From: a virus
Lineage: Duplodnaviria > Heunggongvirae > Uroviricota > Caudoviricetes
Strand: one strand, 5' to 3'
Length of the DNA stretch: 13,798 nucleotides
IMG/VR virus record: IMGVR_UViG_3300029511_000167
Part shown: positions 7,215-13,798 of the stretch, piece after piece
Layout: the number at the start of each line of letters is the position of its first letter
How positions within the stretch are numbered: the first letter of the stretch is position 1
Position numbers and translations under genes: made by a program
The notes under the pieces: model-generated
What the model saw: only the letters and a program-made list of their open reading frames with translations
Databases searched by the model: none
Told to the model about the DNA's origin: nothing

Positions 7215-7280
7215 TTACCATACAACTGTTCCGACCTCAACTCGACAATGATAGAAGGGCTTTTTGATCATCTTCTTCAT
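7215..7280 (-). pseudogene. 21-codon ORF with a strong SD; probably a passenger gene truncated near the left end
   Basis: TAGGAG-ATTAAAGAG-ATG, MKKMIKKPFYHCRVEVGTVVW*; follows the 7298 gene at operon spacing. Confidence 0.45.
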
Positions 7281-7297
7281 CTCTTTAATCTCCTATG

Positions 7298-7615
7298 CTA
7301 TTCCATAATTCCTCTTGTACCTAACTGAATTTTAAATGATTTAAAATTTTCTGCTCCATGCTCTCTCATAAACTCATAAGGTCTATCCGGCATCTCTGAA
7401 GTATAATAGATATAAAAGATACCTTTAAACCCTAACTGCTTTAATATAACCGATATGTCATAGTTATTTAACTCTGAAGCCTCTATAAATAAATCCATGA
7501 TTACAGGATATTGCTTTATTTCATCTAATGTAACATTTCTGATGTTCCTTGCTTCTCCGAAGTTACTATGAATTTCTGCTATGTTATATCCGGCATCTGT
7601 AAAAGCCTCAGCCAT
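7298..7615 (-). CDS. Hypothetical soluble protein (passenger)
   Basis: 105-aa ORF whose start overlaps the upstream stop by 8 nt, suggesting coupling; no family recognised. Confidence 0.7.
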   Translation of the reverse strand: MAEAFTDAGYNIAEIHSNFGEARNIRNVTLDEIKQYPVIMDLFIEASELNNYDISVILKQLGFKGIFYIYYTSEMPDRPYEFMREHGAENFKSFKIQLGTRGIME

Positions 7616-7928
7616 ATAAAGTTCCGACTAACATTAACATACAGTCAAAACCAACAAGCATCAAAGTTAAAACAGTAACTACTGCAGTCCACCCAACAAA
7701 CTCTCCTAAGTCTCTATCATCCATATAGAATGCAGTACAATACGTTCTTACAGGTACTAACAACAGTATTGAATGCAATGCTATTATTCCACCCATGATA
7801 ACACTACCACTTGATGTCAACCCAAAATTACTTGCAGTTGAATATCCAATGCTGAAAGCTACAATCACTGCTAATACAACAGTTAACAATGTTATCTTGT
7901 CATATGTACTTGCTTTTATCTTTCCCAT
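7608..7928 (-). CDS. Hypothetical three-helix membrane protein (passenger)
   Basis: TAAGGAG SD; three hydrophobic stretches (about aa 12-30, 41-59 and 77-104). Confidence 0.75.
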   Translation of the reverse strand: MGKIKASTYDKITLLTVVLAVIVAFSIGYSTASNFGLTSSGSVIMGGIIALHSILLLVPVRTYCTAFYMDDRDLGEFVGWTAVVTVLTLMLVGFDCMLMLVGTLYG

Positions 7929-7940
7929 TGTTGCTCCTTA

Positions 7941-8048
7941 CTAAATAAAGTATTTCACACAAGCTAATATTATACTACCTGCTACAATCGCAACTGCTAC
8001 AGTTACTAAAGCATATATTGCTAAAATAGCTGTTGCTATCAGACTCAT
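7941..8048 (-). CDS. 35-aa single-helix hydrophobic peptide (passenger)
   Basis: Translated by hand: MSLIATAILAIYALVTVAVAIVAGSIILACVKYFI*. It ends TAG TAA directly at the next gene's SD; no clear SD of its own. Confidence 0.55.
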   Translation of the reverse strand: MSLIATAILAIYALVTVAVAIVAGSIILACVKYFI

Positions 8049-8049
8049 T

Positions 8050-8195
8050 CAACCGCAGGTATCATGACCCAAATATCGTAGTATCCATTTCTGGACACTA
8101 AGTCTGGTGAACCATTTAACAGAAGCAAGTTCATGGAACATGAACTTCAGCTTCGCAGAAGTTGCCCTAGACCTTTATGGTCTAGGGTAGTTCAC
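8050..8195 (+). ncRNA. Orphan TnpB omegaRNA (reRNA)-like scaffold at the element right end; 5' boundary approximate
   Basis: Stems 8079-8087/8092-8100, 8122-8135/8139-8154 and 8163-8173/8179-8189. GTGAAC (8107-8112) is complementary to the terminal GTTCAC (8190-8195), as in omegaRNA pseudoknots. Confidence 0.7.
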
Positions 8196-9535
8196 TCATT
8201 ATAAAAATATTCTCCTACAATACTGAAGGATTCTATAATATCGGTTCCAGAGATTCGCTGTAAATTGATTGATTCAATTTCTCCAAGATTGAATTGATTG
8301 ATCCAATCAGATAGTTTATCGATGTTGCTTGGTGTATAGGCTAAGTATAACTTACCATGAATGTTTTTTACCAAAGAATACTTATTTACAATTTTATTTA
8401 GCATAGCCGTTATTTCAGTTTCATTCATTTCTTCATCATCGGCTTCTAGTACATCCAGTATGTAGTCTGAATCGCTTAAATCAATCTTTTTAAAAGATAA
8501 ATGATACCGGTACTCTTCAATAAAAGAACTTGATTCATCCATGTAAAAGCCAGCATTTTGTATAGCGAAATAGTTGATCTCATGAAACAAATTTTCAATA
8601 AGATATGATGGGTTTTGATTTATAACTTCTTTTCCGATTACCTTTTTTATTTCTTTTGCATTTTGATTTAGAATTCTATTGTTTTGATGTCGCTGATTTA
8701 CTATTGTGGATGTTTCAGTTTCAATATTTAATGTATTGCAAATATCTGAAAAATAATACTCAACCAATGTTCCGCACGTTTCCACAAGAGAAGCATCTTC
8801 TTTCATTGTTGACATTGCATGCATTAAATGCTTAAAACAATCATCCAAAAAGCGAAGCTTATTTTTTAATCCTTCTTCTACGGGAATAGAATTTTCTTCC
8901 TGTTTCTTGTCTTCAGTTATAATATTTTCTGGCTTTAGATAAAAGGAAATACTGTCTATTCTATTGTCCATTAATTGAATTGTGAGTTTTCCCTTTACAT
9001 TAAAATCCGAAAATAATGTTTTTAATAGCTTTAAAACATTTTGTTCATAAATAATCGAATAGTTACCCGTTCCATTTCTTTTTTCTAAAATAAAACCATA
9101 ATCTTTCAATCGTTGTATTTGCTGGGCATATTTCCTCTTTTCAGTTTCCTTTTCTGAATGAAATGAAAATTTAGGACTAATCAAACATGCGATTTCCACA
9201 TAAATAAGTCCACTTTTCTTTAAATAGAATTCTTTCAAAAAGCCAAGATAATAATGATCTAAGAATTCTTGAAAACTTCTCTTGTATTCAGCCACAGCTT
9301 CTATTAAATAACGTTCCGGGTGCAGTTCAGAATCGCTTCTATTTTTATTAAGACCCGAAATAGTCTCATTTGTCGCTGATTTTAATATTGATATAGATTC
9401 TTTGTATTCATATTTTTTTGATTTTAGAAATTCTTGGATTTTTAATTCTAATTCATAGATATCCTTTTCCCAATTTTTTTCTTCTAAATCTTCATTTTTA
9501 ATTCTTAAAAAAGCTCTTTCTAATAAATCTTTCAT
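8192..9535 (-). CDS. Hypothetical protein, 447 aa
   Basis: TAAGGAG SD and a long ORF; no motif recognised. The last sense base and the TGA stop are supplied by the IS right end. Confidence 0.85.
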   Translation of the reverse strand: MKDLLERAFLRIKNEDLEEKNWEKDIYELELKIQEFLKSKKYEYKESISILKSATNETISGLNKNRSDSELHPERYLIEAVAEYKRSFQEFLDHYYLGFLKEFYLKKSGLIYVEIACLISPKFSFHSEKETEKRKYAQQIQRLKDYGFILEKRNGTGNYSIIYEQNVLKLLKTLFSDFNVKGKLTIQLMDNRIDSISFYLKPENIITEDKKQEENSIPVEEGLKNKLRFLDDCFKHLMHAMSTMKEDASLVETCGTLVEYYFSDICNTLNIETETSTIVNQRHQNNRILNQNAKEIKKVIGKEVINQNPSYLIENLFHEINYFAIQNAGFYMDESSSFIEEYRYHLSFKKIDLSDSDYILDVLEADDEEMNETEITAMLNKIVNKYSLVKNIHGKLYLAYTPSNIDKLSDWINQFNLGEIESINLQRISGTDIIESFSIVGEYFYNE

Positions 9536-9556
9536 ATATTGCTTCTCCTTATGAAA

Positions 9557-9979
9557 TTAGTCATTTTCTTTATACTCTTCTACTTTAATTCCATTTTGTA
9601 TCATCCAATCAGCCACTAAATGTCTATGGCAAAAATCCTCTGGGCGTTCGTAACATAACAATGCAATATGATTTATTTTGCTTTGCCAAATTGGAACATT
9701 TTCTTTTTTGATTTCTTCTTGTTTGGTTTCAGGCAATAGAGAAATTAATTCTTTGACTGTTGTATAAGGATCTTTGTCTTTTAGTACTTGTTCATGAAAA
9801 CATCTAATATAATATTCATTATCATGCGTTTCCTTCCAAATCTTGAAAAAATCATATTTGGGTGCTAATTTTTTATATTCCAGGCCATGATAATAAGCTG
9901 GAGATTTTCCGCAAATTGCAATAATTTCAATATCTTTCGGCAGTTTTCGTACTTTGCCGAAATAGCTCGTATAAATCAT
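9557..9979 (-). CDS. DUF488 family protein
   Basis: MIYTSYF, KLAP, Y...F...VL and ALLCYE.P..FCHRHLVA motifs; ATGA overlap with the upstream gene. Confidence 0.85.
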   Translation of the reverse strand: MIYTSYFGKVRKLPKDIEIIAICGKSPAYYHGLEYKKLAPKYDFFKIWKETHDNEYYIRCFHEQVLKDKDPYTTVKELISLLPETKQEEIKKENVPIWQSKINHIALLCYERPEDFCHRHLVADWMIQNGIKVEEYKEND

Positions 9980-10476
9980 AATTTTTCTCCTTTTAAATAA
10001 TCAACAATATTCTTATACTCTCCATCTATTTTCAGCCGTGTTTTCTCTCCTGGATATAGAATGAGAATATTATCGCAGACTTCTTCTGCCATTGCAACTG
10101 CAGCTGCATCTGGAACTGCAGAGCAGATGCCAAACACTTTTTTTCCTTCCAGTGCTGGAAATTCATGTTTCAAAAAATTCTGAATCGACATCTGATAATG
10201 TGTGGTATTTTTTGTTGAAAATCGCTTAAGCAGATCAAGATCAACACCGATGTATGCCGGATACTTTTCAAACAGAAAAACTTGCTGAGCCATATAGCAG
10301 CCCAGATCCAGAATCGTAGCATCCGCAGGCGCAATTTGTCTTAGCAGCTCATAATTTTCCAGAAATCCAAGAAAATCGCCACCAATCTCACAATCTTCCT
10401 GTTTAAAAAGAGCTTCTTCCTTGTTTTCATGAATCTTTTCATACACTTCCTTTAATAATTCATCATAGTTTTTCAT
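9976..10476 (-). CDS. Small class I SAM-methyltransferase-like protein
   Basis: ILDLGC motif-I-like segment followed by YIGVD. TAGGAG SD is best spaced to ATG 10476 (alternative 10482). Confidence 0.6.
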   Translation of the reverse strand: MKNYDELLKEVYEKIHENKEEALFKQEDCEIGGDFLGFLENYELLRQIAPADATILDLGCYMAQQVFLFEKYPAYIGVDLDLLKRFSTKNTTHYQMSIQNFLKHEFPALEGKKVFGICSAVPDAAAVAMAEEVCDNILILYPGEKTRLKIDGEYKNIVDYLKGEKL

Positions 10477-10485
10477 ATTCATCTC

Positions 10486-10707
10486 CTACCATTCCAGCTT
10501 TTGACCACAATAGGGACAACGCTCCAGCGAGTATACCCGTTTGTAATATCCGTCATGACATTCTTCGTAGGCGGAATAATTCTTCTGACAACGAGGACAC
10601 TCAGATGGGTTCCACTCTTTTTGAATGACTTTCCTGGGTGTATTAATATCTCTTAATGCTTTTTGATAGCCTTTTTGATAGGCTCTTATAATGTTAATTT
10701 GATTCAT
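10486..10707 (-). CDS. Small phage-like zinc-ribbon protein
   Basis: AAGGAGG SD; P.KV...CPRC...RCPYCGQKLEW, similar to the C-terminus of 4484-4858. Confidence 0.8.
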   Translation of the reverse strand: MNQINIIRAYQKGYQKALRDINTPRKVIQKEWNPSECPRCQKNYSAYEECHDGYYKRVYSLERCPYCGQKLEW

Positions 10708-10758
10708 CTTATTTTCCTCCTTTTGTGTTCTTTCTTTCAGTATGGTGTTTTTTTTATG

Positions 10759-10793
10759 AAAAAAGAGCAGAAGCTATAAGCCGCCGCTCTTTT
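10759..10793. terminator. Intrinsic terminator after the 235-aa gene
   Basis: AAAAAAGAGC...GCTCTTTT imperfect stem; U6 on the minus strand. Confidence 0.65.
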
Positions 10794-10800
10794 CAAATAA

Positions 10801-11508
10801 CTATAATGATTCGTACTGCAAATCTGGACTTTTACTAATTCGATACATTACCGTTTTCGATAGTTTTTCAAATTGTTCTTTTGTGAAGATGTCCGTTTCT
10901 TCATCGCAGAAGGTGCAGAAGTTGAAAATATCTCCATACCCTTCCTGTTCAAGCTTATCAAGCTCATCCAGATCTTCCTGAGTTAACGTTCCTTTTTCTT
11001 TCAACTTCCAGACACGCTTATGGTTTTTTAATTCTGCTTCTGTGCAAAGAATGAATGTTGTATTGCAGTTCTCGCAAAATCCACAATAGTTTTTTTCTGC
11101 AATGCCAAGGCTTACCAACTCGTCTGCTTCTTCTTTTGAGAGATTGAATTTTTTTAAGCTATCTTCTTTCATGAATTTTTTCCAATTATTTCTTGCAATT
11201 TGATCCAAACGCAGCTTTTCTTCTGCGCTTTTATTAAGTCTATCAATTTCCGGATAATAAGTCGGATGCGAAAGAAACGGATACTTTTCTACTCGTTTCT
11301 TTTTCAAAGTATCTAGAATCTTAGTCGCCTGATTTGGTATTAAGCAATAGCTATAAGATTGCTTTAGTATTTTTAAGTCATCGTAAGAAAATTCATCAAA
11401 ATCATTTGCCTCATTTAACTGCATCTGAATCTGCTGCTGCAGCTGCTGCTCCTTTGCTTTTAATTCTTCGACTTCCTTGGCCATTGCTACAATTTCGTTT
11501 GCTTTCAT
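10801..11508 (-). CDS. Hypothetical protein with N-terminal coiled coil and a split CxxC...CxxC zinc ribbon
   Basis: AGGAG SD; KEVEELKAKEQQLQQQI; CENC and CTFC pairs. Confidence 0.8.
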   Translation of the reverse strand: MKANEIVAMAKEVEELKAKEQQLQQQIQMQLNEANDFDEFSYDDLKILKQSYSYCLIPNQATKILDTLKKKRVEKYPFLSHPTYYPEIDRLNKSAEEKLRLDQIARNNWKKFMKEDSLKKFNLSKEEADELVSLGIAEKNYCGFCENCNTTFILCTEAELKNHKRVWKLKEKGTLTQEDLDELDKLEQEGYGDIFNFCTFCDEETDIFTKEQFEKLSKTVMYRISKSPDLQYESL

Positions 11509-11558
11509 CTTAAATTCTCCTGTTCTTCTATTTTCCTATAATATGGTGTTTTTTGAAC

Positions 11559-11580
11559 AAAAAAGAAGGCCGAAGCCTTC
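11559..11580 (-). terminator. Intrinsic terminator ending the MBOAT operon
   Basis: GAAGGC-TTCG-GCCTTC-TTTTTT immediately after the MBOAT stop. Confidence 0.85.
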
Positions 11581-11582
11581 TA

Positions 11583-13094
11583 TTAAAAACCTTTATACAA
11601 AAATGCGGCTGCGTTATAGCCGGGACCATATGCGCCAAAAATTAAAACTAACAAAAACAGCCCAATCCAGGAAGCCCAGCGAAACCAGATTTCCTGCTGA
11701 TCCATCCAGGTTCTGGCATAACCGTATTTTTCCCTCAATAGTCCAACGATCAGCACAATTCCTGTACTGAAAATTAAAACTTTCAGATCAATGGGAGCAA
11801 TTCCTGTGTTAAAAATGCTTCCATCAAAGAAAATCCAGGGATTAGGATGAAAAAACGTCCTACCGAGGCCTTTAATAAATTCAAATGCAGCTGTCATGTC
11901 CGGCGCTCGAAAGAAAATGGCTCCGGTTGCGTAGATAAGATAAGTGCGGCTGCGCTGCAACAGTCTTCTGCTGAATGTCTCTGTTTTTGGCTTTATGTGT
12001 TTGTTTATTACAGGCAGAATCAGATCACTTAAAGTTAATAGTAACCAATACCACAAGCTTACGCCTACAATATATTTCATCCCTCCGTGCCAGATTCCCA
12101 TTACCATCCATAGCACAAACATTCCCACTGTAACTGGTATTTTTTTTCCTGCTTTTTTTCCAAAGCGTTTTTTCACGGATTTTCCAAATCGCACAAAGAG
12201 ATTGGATTTCAATAGTGGATACAAAACATAATCTTTCGCCCACGTTCCAAGGGTGATATGCCATCTTTGCCAAAATTCCTGGCTGCTCCTTGAAAGAAAT
12301 GGATTATTAAAGTTTTCAGCCAGATGAATATCAAATAGCTCAGCCGTTCCTAGCACAATATCCATGCAGCCAGAAAAATCTGCATACATCTGTATCGGAA
12401 ACAACAGAAACGCAATCCACAGGTAAAAACCAGTGTACGTATCCTGACCTGCCCAAATTGCATTAATAATTACACCTGCATTTTCTGCAATGACCAGTTT
12501 TTTCATAACACCGTATAAAATGCGTTGGCATCCGTGTGCCACGGTTTCAATCGAAAACGTATGCCCAGTATACAGTGCTTTCATCTGATCAAACCGGCTG
12601 ATTGGGCCTGAAATTAATTGTGGGAAAAAGGACAGAAATAAAAACAGCTTCAAAGGATTTCTTTCAGGCTCTATGGTATCCCAATAGCAATCCAGTAAAT
12701 ACCCGATGATCTGTGCTGTATAGTATCCCATTCCAAGGGCTGCGGCTGCCTCGCTTGGAATCTTCAACTGCAAAGCTTCTAAAATTGGTATGTAAATATC
12801 GCACCCTTTTAATCGAAACCACACCAGGACATTTAGGCCAATTGATACTGCTAAAATCCATTTAACTGCAATGGTTTTATTCTGTTTTTTTAACTTTTCA
12901 ATAGCAAGAGCGGCTGCATATGCGACAGCAGTTGATAATGCGATATAGAGAATAGTCCATGGCACAGCCGAACAAGCATAAAATAACAGGCTGGCTATTA
13001 AAAGCCAGACCCATTGAAATGATTTTGGAAATAGATAGAAGATACAAACCATGCAAGTTAAAAAAAGAAAATAATAAAAGGATGTAATCTGCAT
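11583..13094 (-). CDS. MBOAT family O-acyltransferase (DltB/AlgI-like)
   Basis: LGMGYYT.Q.I.YL.D.Y, FFPQLISGPI.R, YADFSGCMDI, ENFNNPF, EFWQRWHITL.W and catalytic GIWHG; many TM helices. Confidence 0.95.
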   Translation of the reverse strand: MQITSFYYFLFLTCMVCIFYLFPKSFQWVWLLIASLLFYACSAVPWTILYIALSTAVAYAAALAIEKLKKQNKTIAVKWILAVSIGLNVLVWFRLKGCDIYIPILEALQLKIPSEAAAALGMGYYTAQIIGYLLDCYWDTIEPERNPLKLFLFLSFFPQLISGPISRFDQMKALYTGHTFSIETVAHGCQRILYGVMKKLVIAENAGVIINAIWAGQDTYTGFYLWIAFLLFPIQMYADFSGCMDIVLGTAELFDIHLAENFNNPFLSRSSQEFWQRWHITLGTWAKDYVLYPLLKSNLFVRFGKSVKKRFGKKAGKKIPVTVGMFVLWMVMGIWHGGMKYIVGVSLWYWLLLTLSDLILPVINKHIKPKTETFSRRLLQRSRTYLIYATGAIFFRAPDMTAAFEFIKGLGRTFFHPNPWIFFDGSIFNTGIAPIDLKVLIFSTGIVLIVGLLREKYGYARTWMDQQEIWFRWASWIGLFLLVLIFGAYGPGYNAAAFLYKGF

Positions 13095-13097
13095 GAT

Positions 13098-13340
13098 TTA
13101 CCGACCCATTTCTAGAATAATATCTACCATTTCTCCTACATTTTTCATGGTAACCACTTTTCCCATTGGAATTTTAAAATGGAATTCTGACTCTACTGCT
13201 ACTACCAGATTAATGTGTTCAAAGGAATCCCAATCCTCCACATCCTCTGCGGTTGTCTCATCCGTCAGTACGATGGTGTCATCGTCAAATACATCGTGAA
13301 ATACTTCAGTTAATCGTTTAAATACTTCTTCTCTTCGCAT
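13098..13340 (-). CDS. Acyl carrier protein
   Basis: 80 aa, acidic; WDSFEHINLV phosphopantetheine serine motif; adjacent to the MBOAT gene. Confidence 0.93.
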   Translation of the reverse strand: MRREEVFKRLTEVFHDVFDDDTIVLTDETTAEDVEDWDSFEHINLVVAVESEFHFKIPMGKVVTMKNVGEMVDIILEMGR

Positions 13341-13366
13341 AAATTAAAAGTCCTTTCTTATTTCAA

Positions 13367-13798
13367 TTATTTTAAGCAGATGACTTGCATCTTTGCACTT
13401 GACACCTTTTTGCCGTCTTGATTTTTAATAACAGCCTTTATCAGCAGCAGATGCAGTGCATCATTTTTAGAAGCCACAGTGCCTTCTATGGTTAGTATGT
13501 CAGAATCATAGACAGGATTTAAAAATTTTATATCAACACTGTGAATGACACTGTATGTTCCTGGAATAAACATTCCGGCCAAAGTAGAATAAAAGGAAGC
13601 CGTCAGCATCCCAAACACCACATGTCTTTCATATTTTCCTTCTGAAACCGCTTTCGCAAAGTCATCGTCTTTGTGAAGCGGATTATGATCTCCTGTAAAA
13701 GTTCGGAATGCATCCACCATGTCCTGGTTTAATGATACCTGAAAGGAATGAGTCAGTCCTTCCTGGATCTCCTCATAGCGATAAGATAGTGGTTTCAT
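13367..13798 (-). CDS. MaoC/PhaJ-like hotdog-fold dehydratase; start at the window edge, may extend further
   Basis: F...TGDHNPLHKD hydratase motif, VFGML.AS and F.NPVY..D.L. Confidence 0.9.
   Translation of the reverse strand: MKPLSYRYEEIQEGLTHSFQVSLNQDMVDAFRTFTGDHNPLHKDDDFAKAVSEGKYERHVVFGMLTASFYSTLAGMFIPGTYSVIHSVDIKFLNPVYDSDILTIEGTVASKNDALHLLLIKAVIKNQDGKKVSSAKMQVICLK

Larger units (their letters stand above)
7115..8195 (+). mobile_element. Non-autonomous IS200/IS605-family derivative (PATE/transporter-IS-like) carrying passenger genes; no tnpA or tnpB
   Basis: Left end: target TTAT (7111-7114), guide AAAA (7129-7132), hairpin CCACATACC-TTTA-GGTGTGTGG (7133-7154). Right end: guide GAAG (8158-8161), hairpin TGCCCTAGACC-TTTAT-GGTCTAGGGTA (8163-8189), terminal TCAC (8192-8195). 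Joining 7114 to 8196 restores a clean gene junction. Confidence 0.88.

Noticed and set aside
619..10803. TAG recoding (genetic code 15): many genes end in TAG, and four TAGs (1234, 1997, 6514, 10486) are in frame with the next gene
   Set aside because: The TAGs fall at natural domain ends, such as the complete tdk and Macro C-termini, and most are followed by terminators or fresh SDs. No recognisable domain is interrupted by an internal TAG.
11420..11452. CTG/CAG-rich run
   Set aside because: Only encodes a Gln-rich coiled coil (EQQLQQQIQMQL); too short and impure to be a contingency repeat.
657..13299. Remaining overlapping or antisense ORFs in the track (e.g. 657-983, 1463-1741, 1537-1749, 3125-3544, 6533-6751, 11477-11770, 11944-12231, 13093-13299)
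   Set aside because: They are shadows of better-supported genes, with no recognisable motifs.
11583..13340. Naming the MBOAT and ACP genes dltB and dltC
   Set aside because: No dltA or dltD is in view and a MaoC dehydratase is adjacent, so only family-level calls are supported.
1..13798. CRISPR array, tRNA/rRNA, integrase/att sites or integron attC cassettes
   Set aside because: No regularly spaced repeats or RNA gene signatures were seen. The intergenic hairpins differ in sequence and behave as ordinary terminators.

Overview
AT-rich, gene-dense window with Firmicute-type (Clostridia/Lachnospiraceae-like) signals and nearly all genes on the minus strand. The gene mix resembles a large phage, plasmid or other extrachromosomal element: Macro domain, ASCH, Thg1-like guanylyltransferase, thymidine kinase, DUF488, small zinc ribbons and many hypotheticals, next to a MaoC-ACP-MBOAT acylation cluster. 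No virion, replication or conjugation gene is visible, so the replicon type is inferred. Main finding: a 1081-bp non-autonomous IS200/IS605-type element (7115-8195) with neither tnpA nor tnpB. It retains both TnpA end signatures and a structured, pseudoknot-capable TnpB omegaRNA-like right end, and it carries a fragment of a passenger operon. Excising it in silico restores the same C-terminus and a stop codon for the upstream gene, 18 nt before tdk. Other findings: a duplicated micro-protein cassette, each copy with a convergent antisense sigma-A promoter; a recurrent CATACT promoter-like motif; two LexA boxes around the CpXC promoter; and a two-repeat gene split by a -1 frameshift at an A7 run.
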